64,000 bases of DNA from Mobula hypostoma. Its lineage: Eukaryota. The stretch covers positions 121,396,001 through 121,460,000 of the forward strand of contig NC_086097.1 of NCBI RefSeq assembly GCF_963921235.1, read 5' to 3'. A program made the translations under genes and the position numbers. The notes beneath the pieces are model-generated. The model saw only the letters and a program-made list of their open reading frames with translations, did no database searches and had not been told where the DNA came from. This document shows, piece after piece, positions 35,461 through 48,605 of this stretch; within the stretch, counting starts at the first letter, position 1, and every line of letters begins with the position of its first letter.

Positions 35461-37109
35461 TTGTTTGTAAGTGAACTGTCATATGGTTGTAATTGGACAG
35501 TGCAGGCTTGTTGGGCTGGAAGGGCTTGTTACTATGCTGTAAATCTAAATCAAGCTATATTTGTACATTTTGGTTTATAAAAACAGGTTACAAATTGATC
35601 ACTGTTGTTGCTAGGTCGAATAGCACAGATGCTGTGAGTTTCTACCATTTTAAATAGTTTATTTATTTTCCTGTCAACTCTGTATTGATTCAATTAAAAC
35701 AGTTACTGGATTTTATGGACCTGTGTATGAAACGCAATGTACAAATGCATTCCCTGATGTTTTGTTGAAGGAACCAAACCTTTAGGTGGTAACTTGAAAT
35801 AAATCCTTTCATTGTAGTGAAGGTTCATTAATGAAATATTCCTCACCTGGGAGTGCTGCTGTAATCTTCAGTTAATGTAATGAGAATATTTTGAGAATTT
35901 GTTCCTTGTTCTTTCCTGATTCAGCAACAGGCAGTAGCCAGTACCAAAGGAGGCACCATACACGTATTAAATGTTTTAGGATAATACTTCATTGGAATTA
36001 CATAAAGGATAAAAACACAAAAACTCACTAAGATAAAGAAACATAATAATACTTATCAACCATATATAATGCTGGAAGGAACCTCAACTGTCTGACAGAC
36101 TTTTCTACAATTTTGCTCTTTCAGCCTCTTTGCATTGATCATGATACAGCTGAAGACAAGATTCCAACATGCACAAAGAAGTTGTCCCTTTTATACCTTT
36201 TCAACCGTAGTATAACCCAAGTAGTTTTCCATAGCGTCAGGTTGTACCTTCATATCTCCCATGACCTTCAACCTTGACACATAACTTAAAAGACTAAAAT
36301 ACTGTTACCTACTTTGAAAACAGTGATTGGTACTTCTGTTCATTCTCAAAATATTCCCACATTCCAATAAGACACCAGTTTGTCTTACAACCTCCATTTT
36401 GTCTTATACTTGTGCACATACCAAAGAGGAGTCAAATATTAAGTCTTTCTTTACAGTTAAGAAAACAAAACTAAATATTTACTTCTGTTATGATCTTGTC
36501 AAATTCTCAGCAACGTTTCTTTTTAAACCTAAACACCCTTGTAATAAAGTGTAAAATACAAATTGCCTTCCTATTTACTTGTTCACATGCAGATTGCTTC
36601 CTGTGCAAATACTCAAAATTTCTCCTGCACGTCAATGTTTCTCACTGTTTAAAAGACGGTCTCTTTTCTTAATAACATGTATAACTTCCACAGTTTTCTA
36701 CCTGCCACTTTTCTTTGCTCACCTGCTTAACGTGTCTATGTATTTTGCAGAGTCTTTACATCCTTCTCATGAACTACTTTTTCTTCTAGTTTGAATATTT
36801 TGCACCCTATCATTTCATCTGTCATTAGGTGAAACAATGAATGGTTGAGAGAAGGAAGAATAAGACCTAAAAGCTGAAAACCTTTTTAAAAAAAACTGTA
36901 GTTGCTGCACATCTGAAATTAAAAAATCTCAAGACAGGCAGCATCTGTGGAAAGAAAGACTGATCTAGGTATCCTGATGAAATGTTTGTAAACTGAAACA
37001 CTAACTCTAGTTTCTCTTTTCACGGATGCTGTCTGACTTGCTGAATGAATCTAAGAATAAAATCTACATTGTCAACCTAACGTGTACCTTTTGTGTTTCG
37101 GCTTTGAAG

Positions 37110-37305
37110 TATTCATCAGTGGCTCAAATATTTCGAGAAATTGGAGCTTTGGAATTTCTAGCACAATTGCGACCCAATGTGGAGCCAAATATGCAGGTCT
37201 GCATTGATGAGATAATGGATGATCTGCTTAAACTGCCTGACACAATTGTGGATGCTGATCCAACTGTAGTCTATCAGTTACAGCCTTCAAAATCCTCTGA
37301 CAAAG
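37110..37305 (+). CDS. RTTN: Rotatin coding exon 3 (YSSVAQIFREIGALEFLAQLRPNVEPNMQ...PSKSSDK)
   Basis: 196 nt, phase 0 to 1; acceptor TTTGAAG|, donor AAG|GTACTT. Confidence 0.95.
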
Positions 37306-38149
37306 GTACTTTGTATTGGTTGATAATAAGCTTATGATATCTAATACTAAGAGTTGTATTACATGTGTGTAAACACTTTATAGATTTTGAATTCTCTGTA
37401 TGTAGACAGATGTGCTGTATTTGTTTAGCCTTCAAGTTCAAGTTTAATTGTTATTCAACCATATATGAATACTCATGAGGTGTAAGTTCGAACAATACAA
37501 ATTATGAACACTTAACAAATCTAGTGTTAGTAGTTAGCTTCATGGAATTGCTAGATTATAATATAAGACAATCTGGTTCAGCAACGCTCTATAGAGAAAA
37601 ACCTGCATGTTTATGTGATCCCAGAACGATCAATATGCTTGATTTTTGAGCTGCTCTCTGACATGACATCAGGTGCTATTCATTTTGGTTACTCGTGGGT
37701 AGTAATGTTTACCAAGCCACTGAGGTATATATCAGAAAAAATTACTTTTTAATAGAAGTCTGTATGAGTCTCCTGGTAGCACCTCTGACCAAAAGAATTA
37801 CATTGGTAAATTGAATTTTATTCTATTCTGTTGGCACCTGTGACCTGAAGAATTGCATTGATAAATTGAACTTTTTCTATGTTCGATTTAAAATAAAACT
37901 CTTAGATAGGCAGGTGGATGATAGTAAAGTGGAGGGTTATGTGGGAGGGAAGAGTTATGTGGGAAGGTTAGAGTAGGTTAAAAGGTTGACACAACATCGT
38001 GAGCTGAACGGTCTATACTGTGCTCTAATGTTCTGTGTTTTAGACTGCAAGTAAAGAAAAAGAAATATACTTTATACAAAAAATGTTATGGCAGTTAAAA
38101 TTAGCAGACTGAAGCAAATTATCTCCCATAAAAATGCTTTAGAAGAATA

Positions 38150-38490
38150 ATAAACACAAGATTCTGAAGATGCTGGAAATCCAGAGCAACACACACAAAA
38201 TGCTGGAGGAACTCACCAGGTCAGACAACATCTATGGAGAGGAATAAACAGTCAACGTTTTGGGTCGAGACACTTCATCAGGTCCTGAAGAAGTGGTTGT
38301 GATCTCTGGACAAAATCTTTCCTTTGTTTATACACTTTTACTTCCATAATATATAGTCATTGAGAAATTGGCCTCATCAGGCACTTTTTATTCATCAGGT
38401 CCTGATGGAGGATCTCGGCCCAAAATGTCGACTTTTTCTTCCTCTCCAGAGATGTTGCCTCACCTGCTGAGTTCTTTCTACATTTTGTGT
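38150..38490. mobile_element. Inverted pair of Penelope pLTR fragments
   Basis: 38150-38285 (-) and 38390-38490 (+), each with a mutated hammerhead core. Confidence 0.8.
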
Positions 38491-38620
38491 TTATAATATA
38501 GTGTTTTGGAAAATTTTGTGGATTTTATAAATCAGATAAAAATGTTCTGAGCTGTGATTATGTGGTATTTCATTGAACAATTAAAATCTTAAATTCTTTA
38601 AAAAATATATTCTTTTACAG

Positions 38621-38728
38621 TAGTGTCCTCTGTACCACCTGAAGAGGGCACAACAGTTTTTGGTTACTTTCAGAAGCATAACTGCAATCAAGTGGAACCA
38701 AACAATCAAGTGCCCCGGAAAGCAGTTG
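38621..38728 (+). CDS. RTTN: Rotatin coding exon 4 (VVSSVPPEEGTTVFGYFQKHN...QVPRKAV)
   Basis: 108 nt, phase 1 to 1; acceptor TCTTTTACAG|, donor TTG|GTGAGA; GYF and VP motifs as in rotatin; missing from the ORF track. Confidence 0.88.
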
Positions 38729-39842
38729 GTGAGATTTCAAGAATGTTATCTGCTTGGATGCTTCTAGATATATTTTCTTTTCTTTTGAAAATTTAAACCT
38801 TGTGAATTACAAACGTTTGTAAAACACGAGTACCTTCATGTACTTTTACTCTTTATTCAAATATAAAAAACATTATGCAATAAGGAAGATTTGGCAGTGT
38901 AGTGAGAGTTTGTGGTTCAATATAAAGGCTTACTAAAAGTGACTAAGATATCAGTTGGGACATCTTAAAACTGGCATCAAGTTAGTACCAAGTATTTAAT
39001 ACATCAATGCAACCCCACTTAAGTTTTATGCAATTGAGTGGATCTTACAGTCCTGCAAAACATGTAGTTTATGTGCTCTACAAAACTCTTCTAAGCAGAT
39101 CAATGACTCCTTATTCTGCAGTGTTTTCCACTTTGGTGTCTTCCCTTTAAAGATTTCAGCCAAACATGCTATTGTGTCAGGAGAGAAGTGATACAATATT
39201 TTCAGAGTGCTGGTGTTACCATTCCTTTTGATATATTAGTACTAGTTTACTTTTGGAAATATTTCAGAATAATTCTTTTTTTGCTGACACAGAAAGCAAA
39301 TAATTGGAGAGATTGGCTCATCTCATTTGGAGGTAGGTAGGACGTTTGAACATTGTCTCCTGGTACTACTATCAGAGAGACTTGAAGTTGGTTCCTTTCT
39401 GTGTGTTTCTCTGTCAGTTTGACTGGTCTTGGAATTATGTAGATGTAAGGATGTTACATGTCTTCAATGAGGTTTGCAGGATATTATTCACACGTTTTAT
39501 TTCTGTCCTTCTAGAAAAAGCATGTTTTGACAGGTAGGATCAGCATGCTTGTCTGAGGAGTCACATTGGAATTGTTAGGCTCAATCAGAGCTGTTGCTAT
39601 GAGATTGCTAAGCATAGGAGTGCACACTAACGTAGGTGTGTCTATGCCATGAGAGGATTTGAAGAATCAGCATCAGGAGTGTTATCACTATCTTATGTGA
39701 TATGAAATTTGGTGTTTTGTGGCAACAGTACAGTGATAAGACATAACATTACTATAAATTATGAAAGAAATAAATAGTACCAAGAGAAGGAATACTGAGT
39801 TAAGAAATCTGATGATGAAGGGAAAGAAACTATGACTGAATC

Positions 39843-41735
39843 ATAGACCACCACAGAGAATTGCTGCAGTAACACCCAATCAGGTTGCCCACCAACTGAT
39901 ACTAAATGGTCGACCAAATAACAAGGAACAGAGGAAAAAGAAAAAGTAACATCAGGAGGTGGAGTCGGCTCTCTCAAATGGGAATAACAACTTCCCACCT
40001 CTCACTCTAGAAGAATTAAAGGATGAAGTATCACAGCTAAAATCCAACAAAGCTGCTGTCATAGATGGGATTCTTAATGAATTCATTAAACATCTTGGAC
40101 CTAAAACACTCCACCGGCTTCTGTCCCTTTTTAACTGTTGCCTAAGATCATTAAAGATACCTAAAAAGTGGAGAAGAACCAAAGTGGTTGCTCTCCTAAA
40201 ACCCAATAAAGACCCCAACATTCCTAAAAACTACCGACTGATTTCCCTGCTCTGCACCCTCTATAAACTCTATGAGAGACTCCTACTGAAAAGAATATCC
40301 CCCTTAGTCGAAGATCTTCTAACACCAGACCAAGCTGGGTTCAGGCCAGGCCGCTCTTGCTGCGGTCAAGTCCTGAACTTAACCCAGTATATCGAAGATG
40401 GCTTTGAAATGCGACAAATTACAGGGGCAGTATTCGTTGACTTAACAGCAGCATATGACACTGTGAATCACAGAGCCCTTCTACTGAAATTATCTAAACT
40501 GTTAAAGAATGAAACCACAGTCAAAGTAATAAGAAGCCTCCTAGAAAATCATAGATTTTATGTAGAAATGAATGGAATTAAGAGTAGGTGGCATCCACAA
40601 AAGAACGGACTACCACAGGGATCAGTCCTGGCACCTCTACTATTTAATGTCTACACAAACGACCAACCAACCTTTCCTAACACATGCAGGTTTATCTATG
40701 CAGACGACCTATGCATAGCAACACAAGCTAACTCCTTTCAAGAAGTTGAAGTACGACTTACAGCAGTCCTCGAAACAATGAAGCTGTATTATGAAAAATG
40801 GTCTCTGAACCTAGATCCATCAAAAACTCAAGTGTGTGCATTCCACCCGAGCAATCAAGAAGCAGCTCGGAAACTCGATCTTCTGGTGTGGGAAGGAGCT
40901 CGAACACCATCCGACTCCAATTTACCTGGGCGTGACACTGGATAGGGCGCTCTCATTTGCCACACACATCCAAAAACTCTGAGGGAAAGTTGGCTGTCAC
41001 AATTCTCTCTTGAAAAAATTAGCAGGCATGAAATGGGGCGCTAATGCTCACACACTTAGATCAACTGCCCTAGCGCTCTGCTATGCACCTGCAGAATACT
41101 GTGCACCTGTGTGGAGCAGATCAGCCCATGTGAAGAAAATAGACCCATTGTTTAATGAAGCCTGCAGAATAAACACGGGCACACTGCGCCCCACATCCAT
41201 TAACATCATTTATAGACTTGCAGGCATTGCTCCCCTAGAGATCCGAAGACACACTACAACAAAAATTGAAAAAGATAAACAGAACCGGGATCCACGGCAC
41301 CCACTACATCATCATGTGCCAGTTTCCAACCGCCTAAAATCGAGGAAAAGCTTTGCTACAGTGGAAGAACTAGCGCACGGAACATCCCCCCCAAACATAC
41401 AAGATTGAACTCTGGCAACAAACAGAAGCCAGAACCCCACCAAACAATTCAGTGCAAAACCCCACAGAAATGTTGCCAGACAGGGTACTGCTTGACAGAT
41501 GGAAATGGTGCAGTCTCAACAGAGCGAGAGCGGGAGTTTGTAGGACAGGAGACAATATAGTGAAGTGGGGTTTAAAGACCAGAGAATCCCGTGAGTGTGG
41601 TGAAAAGGTGCAGAAAATTGAACCCGTTCTGCACAACTGCTCACTCTCACCTGATTTAGCTGACACTGACCTGCTCAACATCAACAAAACAACACAAAAG
41701 TGGCTGACTGTCTGGTGTGACAAGCTATGATGATG
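39843..41735 (+). mobile_element. 5'-truncated Vingi/Ingi-clade LINE inserted in an old Rex1-type fragment
   Basis: RT ORF 39959-40945 (NYRLISLL, QAGFRPGRS, FVDLTAAYDTV, GLPQGSVLAP, FIYADDL), then LAGMKWGANAHTLRSTALALCYAPAEYCAPVW; no RNase H; (TGA)n tail; TSD ATGACTGAATC at 39832-39842 and 41733-41743. Confidence 0.85.
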
Positions 41736-42009
41736 ACTGAATCGTTGAGTATGGGTTTTCAGGCACCGAACCTTCATCCCTGATGGTAGTAATGGGCAGA
41801 AGGATGTTGGGAGATCTTGATGATGGATGTTGCTATCTTGAAGATGTCCTCGATGATAGGGAGGGTTATGCCTGTCATGGAGGTGGCTGAGTTCGCAACC
41901 CTCTACAGCTTTTGCAATCATGTGCACTGGACCAGGCTTTAATGCAGCCAGTCAAACTGCCTTTCACTGTAAATGTATAGAGATTTGCAAGACTTTGGTG
42001 ACATAGCAT

Positions 42010-43860
42010 TATCATCATTATGTGCCAAGTTGTATGATGTGGGCAATCAAGGTCTCATGACCATGATTGTTCTTGGCATATTTTGCTACAGAAAGGGTTT
42101 GCTGTTGCTGCGTTCTCGGCAGAGTCTTTACAAAATAGGTGACCCCAGCCATTAGAATCAGAATCAGGTTTATTATAACCACGTAACCATAACCATATAA
42201 TAATTACAGCATGGAAACAGGCCATCTTGGCCCTTCTAGTCCGTGCTGAACTCAATCACTGGCATGTGACATGAAATTTGTTAACTTAGCAACAGCAACT
42301 CAATGCAATACATAATCTAGTAGAGAGAGGAAAAAAATAATAAATAAAATAAGACATAGTATTTAAAAAATGTGCAAAAAACAAAAATACTGCATATTTA
42401 AAAAAAAGGTGAGGTAGTGCCCAAAGCTTCAAGGTCCATTTAGGAATCGGATGGCAGAGGGAAAGAAGCTGTTCCTGAATCGCTGAGTCTGTGCCGTCAG
42501 GCTTTTGTACCTCCTACCTGATGGGAACAGTGAGAAAAGGGCATGCCCTGGGTGCTAGAGGTCCTTAAAAATGGACGCTGCCTTTCTGAAACACCGCTCC
42601 CTAAAGATGTCCTGGGTACTTTGTAGGCTAGTGCCCAAGATGGAGCTGACTAGAATTACAACCTTCTGCAGCTTCTTTCGGTCCCGTGCAGTTGCCCCTC
42701 CATACCGGACAGTGATACAGCCTGTCAGAATGCTCTCCACAGTACAACTATAGAAGTTTTTTGAGTGTATTTGTTGACATGCCGAATTTCTTCAAACTCC
42801 TGATAAAGTATAGCTGCTGTCTTGCCTTCTTTATGCCTTCATGTGTTGGGACCAGGTTAGATCCTCAGAGATCTTGACACAGTGGAACTTGAAGCTGCTC
42901 TCTCTCTCCACTTCTGATCCCTCTATGAGGATTGGTATGTGCTCCTTTGTTTTACCCTTCCTGAGGTCCACAATCAGCTCTTTCATCTTACTGACGTTGA
43001 ACGCCAGGTTGTTGCTGCGGCACCATTCCACTAGTTGGTATATCTTACTCCTGTATGCCCTCTCGTCACCACCTGTACCGTCAGCAAATTTGTAGATGGT
43101 ATTTGAGCTATGCCTAGCCACACTGTCATGTGTGTACAGAGAGTAGAGCAGTGGGCTAAGCACACACCCCTGAGGTGCGCCACTGCTGATCGTCAGTGAG
43201 GAGGATATGTTATCACCAATCCGCACAGATTGTGGTCTTCCAGTTAGGAAGTCGAGGATCCATTTGCAGAGGGAGATACAGAGGCCCAGGTTCTGCAACT
43301 TCTCAATCAGGATTGCGGGAATGATGGTATTAAATGCAGAGCTATAGTCGATGAACAGCATCCTGATGTAGGTGTTTGTGTTGTCTAGGTGGTCTAAAGT
43401 CGTGTGGAGAGCCATTGAGATTGCATCTGCCATTGACCTATTGTGGCAATAGGCAAATTGCAATGGGTCCAGGTCCTTGCTGAGGCAGGAGTTCAGTCTA
43501 GTCATAACCAGCCTCTCAAAACATTTCATCTCTGTTGGTGTGAGTGCTACAGGATGATAGTCATTAAGGCAGTCCACATTATTCTTCTTGGGCATTGGTA
43601 TAATTGATGCCTTTTTGAAGCAAGTGGGAACTTCTGTCATTATCAATATTCTCAGAGATTGCCTGCCTGGCGTCAGTTGTCGCATTACCAGGACTTGTGG
43701 TATGCAGCAGCTGCTGATATGACTATCCATCACCTGCTCCCATGGCTTCATGTGACCCGGATCAGGGGACTACGCAGGTGCTACTTCTTGCCCAAGGGTG
43801 ACCTGCAGGCTAGTGACCTCCTTGCATATCCTTTGGTAGAGACATATCTCTGCCCCATCA
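42010..43860 (-). mobile_element. Short non-autonomous retroposon with (TGA)n tail, split by the Rex1 insertion (pieces 42010-42151 and 43639-43860)
   Basis: CATTA repeated at both Rex1 junctions; tail AATGATGAT on the - strand resembles the Vingi tail. Confidence 0.5.
42152..43638 (-). mobile_element. Rex1-type LINE, 5'-truncated
   Basis: ORF 42831-43751: [41 protein letters not shown]; (ATTCTG)n tail; an ~80-bp CR1 tail fragment sits at 42176-42252. Confidence 0.92.
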
Positions 43861-44084
43861 CCCGGTGATATAGCAAACTTCTTCAAAATCCTGCTGATGT
43901 AGAGCTACTGGCATGACTGCTTCATGATTCTGTGAATACTTCCGAGGCACCTCTAAATGGGCGAATTCGTGGCGGAGCAGCTGGATGGATACGTTTAAAT
44001 ATTCCCATTTCAGCCTGCTGTAGCTGAGAATCACAACTGCAAACATGGCTTTTGCTCGGGGCTACTAGTGCGTTGGAAAAAAAG

Positions 44085-47000
44085 TCTAGGTTTTTGACTA
44101 CTATTACTGACTATCTTGCTGGCAAACGCACAGTCTGTGGTAAATAAAATTGACGATCTCAGAGCTAGGGTGTTGTATCAGAGAGACATTAGGGGACAGT
44201 GTGCATCCTCTGCTTCATGGAATCCTGGTTAATACCTTACGTAATGGATGCAGTGATTCACATTGAAGGGTTCACTGTCAGGATAGGGCTGTCAAGTCTC
44301 TCAAAAGTAGCAGTGGAGGTGTTTGCCTCAAGACTAATTCCTCTTGGTGCATAAATGTCCAGTGATGTCCCAATTCTACTCACCAGACCTGGAATATCTC
44401 GCAATTAAATGCTGTCCATTTTACCTGCCGCAGGAGATTTCTGCCATCATTTTGGTAGCAGTGTACATTCCACCTCAGGCCAATGTCAAGCAGACTCTGG
44501 ATGATCTGAGCAATGTAATCAACACGCATGAAACAGCACTCCCTGATGCCTTCACCATCATATTGGGGCATCTCAACCAGGCTAGTTTGAAAAAATCACC
44601 AAACAATTATCACCAACAAATCACTTGTAGTACCTGAGGAAGCAACACACTGGACCACTGTGCTTACCATACTGTTCCACACCCACACTTTGGAAAGTTT
44701 AATCACCTGGCTGTACTTTTACTCCCCGAGCATCGGCAGACACTGAAGACTGCAACCCGGTGTGGACAAGGGAAGCACAGGAGCACTTACAGAACTGCTT
44801 TGAATTGGTGGACTGAACTACATTTAGGGATTCATGTTCAAATCTGGATGAGCATGTTGTAGTTGTTACCAACTTCATTAAAACTTGCGTGGATGAGTGT
44901 GTGCCTACGAACACTTGCAATACATTCCCAAACCAAAAGCCATGGATGAATCAGAAGGTTCTTTGTCTGCAGAGGGCTGGATCTGTGGCTTTTAGGTCTG
45001 GCGATCCGGCCTATGCAAGAAAATCGGGTATGCCTTGCAGAGGGCTATCTCAGAAGCGAAGAAACGATTCTGAGCGAGGTTGGAAGCAACATCAGATGCA
45101 CGTCAACTCTGGTAAGGTTTGCAGGATATTGCTTCCTACAAAGCAAAACCCAATAGCATGAATAGCCATGATGCTTTCACTACCAGACGAGCTCTGTGCC
45201 TTTTCTCCCCACTTTGAAAGGAAGAGTATAACTACAGATGTGAAGATCCCTGCTGCACCTGGTGATCTCTGTCTCAGAGGCCGATGTCAGGTGTCTTTCA
45301 GGAGGGTGAATCTTTGCAAGGTGGCAGGCCCCAATAAAGTAACTGGTAAGGCTCTGGAAACTTGTTCCAACCAGCTGGCGGGTGTACTGAAGGACATTTT
45401 CATCCTCTCATTGCTACGGTTGGAAGTTCCCACCAGTTTGAAAGGGGCAACAATTATACCAGTATCCAAAAAGAGTAGTGTGAGCTGCCTTAATGACTAT
45501 CGTTCTGTAACACTCACATCTACGGTGATGAAATGCTTTGAAAGGTTGACCATGGTGAGAATCAGGTCCTGTCTCAGCAAGGACCTGGACCCATTTCAAT
45601 TTGCCTATCACCATACTAGGTCTGCGGCAGACGTAACCTCAATGTCTCTTCACATGGCCTTAGATCACCTGGACTATACAAACACCTATGTCAGAGTGCT
45701 GTTCGTTGACTGTAGCTCAGTGTTTAACATGATCATTCCCACAGTCCTGATCTATAAATTACGAAACCTGGGCCTCTGTACCTCCCTCTGCAATTGGATC
45801 CTTGACTTTCTAACCAGAAGACCACAATATGTGCAGATTGGTATCATTATCTCCTCCTCTCTGGCAATTAACATTGGCACACCTCAGGGATATGTGCTTA
45901 GCCCACTGCTCTACTCACTCTGTACCCATGACAGTGTGGCTAGGCATAGAAATGCCATCTATAAATTTGCTGATGATACAATGATTGATAGCAGAATCTC
46001 AGATGGAGACGAGAGTGCATACAGGAGTGAGATATACCAGCTGGTTGAGTGGTGTCATAGCAATAACCTTGCACTCAATGTCAATAAGACCAGAGAGCTG
46101 ATTGTGGACTTCAGACGAGGGAACACAAACCAATCCTCATGGAGGGATCAGAAGTGGAGAGAGTGTGCAATTTCAAGTTTCCTGGGTGTCAAGATCTCTG
46201 AGGATCTAACTTGGTCCCAACATATCAATGCGGCTATGAAGAAGGCAAGACAGTGGCTATATTTCATCAGGAGTTTAAGGAGATTAGGTTTGTCACCTAA
46301 GGTAGTCAAACTTCTACAGATGTACCGTGGAGAGCATTCTGACAGACTACATCACTTTTTTGTATGCGGGGCCGGGGGGGGGGTGGTAGTCTACTACACA
46401 GGACTGAAAGAAGCTACAAAAAGTTACATAGAAACATAGAAAATAAGTGCAGTAGGCTATTCGGCCCTTAGAGCCTGCACCACGATTCAGTATGATCATG
46501 GCTGATCATCCAACTCAGAACCCTGTACCTGCTTTCTCTCCATACCCCTGATCCCTTTAGTCACAAGGGCCATATCTAACTCCCTCTTAGATATAGCCAA
46601 TGAACTGGCCTCAACTGTTTCCTGTGGCAGAGAATTCCACAGATTCACCGCTCTCTGTGTGAAGAAAGTTTTCCTCATCTTGGTCCTAAAAGGCTTCCCC
46701 TTTATCCTCAAACTGTGATCCCCCGTTCTGGACTTCCCCAACATCAGGAACAATCCTCCTGCATCTAGCCTGTCCAATCCCTTTAGAATTTTGTATGTTT
46801 CAGTAAGGTCCCCCCGCAATCTTCTAAATTCCAGCGAGTATAAGCCTAATCGATCCAGTCTTTCTTCATATGATAGTCCTGCCATCCCAGGAATCAATCT
46901 GATGAACCTTCTTTGTACTCCCTCTATGGCAAGAATGTCTTTCCTCAGATGAGGGGACCAAAACTGTACACAATACTCCAGGTGTGGTCTCACCAAGGCC

Positions 47001-48230
47001 TTGTACAACTGCAATAGAACCTCCCTGCTCCTGTATTCAAATCCTCTTGTTAAGAATGCCAGCATACCATTCGCCTTTTTCACCGCCTGCTGTACCTGCA
47101 GGCCCACTTTCAATGACTGGGGTACAATGACACCCAGGTCTCATTGCACCTCCCCTTTTCCTAATCGGCCACATAATAATCAGTTTTCCTGTTCTTGCCA
47201 CCAAAGTGGATAACCTCACATTTATCCACATTAAATTGCATCTGCCATGAATTTGCCCACTCACCTAACCTATCCAAGTCACCCTGCATCCTCTTAGTAT
47301 CCTTCTCACAGCTAACACTGCCACCCAGCTTCGTGTCATCCGCAAACTTGGAGATGCTGCATTTAGTTCCCTCGTCTAAATCGTTAATATATATTGTAAA
47401 CAACTGAGGTCCCAGCACTGAGCCTTGAGGTACCCCACTAGTCACTGCCTGCCATTCTGAAAGGTCCCGTTAATTCCCACTCTTTGCTTCCTGTCTGCCA
47501 ACCAATTCTCTATCCATATCAATAACGTACCCCAAATACTGTGTGCTTTAAGTTTGCACACTAATCTCCTGCGTGGGACCTTGTCAAAAGCCTTTTGAAA
47601 ATCCAGATATACCACATCCACTGGTTCTCCCCTATCCATCCTACTAGTTACATCCTCAAAAAATTCTATAAGATTCGTCAGACGTGATTTTCCTTTCACA
47701 AATCCATGCTGACTTTGTCCGATGATTTCACCGCTTTCCAAATGTGCTGTTATCATATCTTTGATAACTGACTCTAGCATTTTCCCCACCACCGATGTCA
47801 GGCTAAAATTATAAAATTAGCTCCAACTTGGGTACTAGCCTCTGTGGTATCCAAGACATTTTTAAGGAGTGGTGCCTCACGAAGGTGGCGTCCATCATTA
47901 AGGACCCCCATTATTCAGGATATGGCCTCTTCTCATTGTTACTGTCAGGAAGGAGGCACAGAAACTCAAAAGCACACACTCAGCAATTCAGGAACAGCTT
48001 CTTCCCCTCTGCCATGTGATTCCCAAGTGGACCTCGAACCCATGAACACTACCTCACTTTTATTATTTCTGTTTTTGAACTATTTTTAAAATTAACTATT
48101 CATGTACAAATATATACTTTAATTTATTTATTTGTTTTTTTCCCTATATTATGTATTGCATTGTACTGCTACTGCCAAGTTAACAAATTTCATGACATAT
48201 GCCAGTGATATTAAATCTGATTCTGATTAT
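44085..48230 (+). mobile_element. Near full-length decayed Rex1-type LINE (APE and RT), interrupted by CR1
   Basis: [59 protein letters not shown]; resumes at 47807 and ends TCTGATTCTGA. Confidence 0.9.
46426..47806 (-). mobile_element. Young CR1 LINE, same subfamily as 7615-8672
   Basis: ORFs 47442-47792, 47161-47445 and 46496-47113 are near-identical to ORF 7636-8574; (TTTCTATG)n tail. Confidence 0.95.
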
Positions 48231-48605
48231 ATCTATGTGTTGACCTCAGGATAGAACGTCGGAGATGTTCACAAGTAGGAACTTGAGGCTGTTCATCCTT
48301 TCCATTGTTGACCCTTCAATGAGAACCAGTGGGCTTTCTCCTGAAGTAAAAAATCAATTCCTTGGTCTTACTGATGTTGAGTGTGAGTTTGTAGTTGGGA
48401 TACCACTCAACCAGCCAATTTGCCTCATCCCTGTGTGCCCCTTTGTTGCCATCTGAGATGTTACCATCAACAGTGGTGTCATCTGCAAATTTATAAATAG
48501 TGTTTGAACTGTGTAGTGTAGAAAGAGTCGGGCAGTGCGCTAAACACACATCTTTAACATCTAACAACAGGAATTCTGCAGATGCTGGAAATTCAAGCAA
48601 CACAT

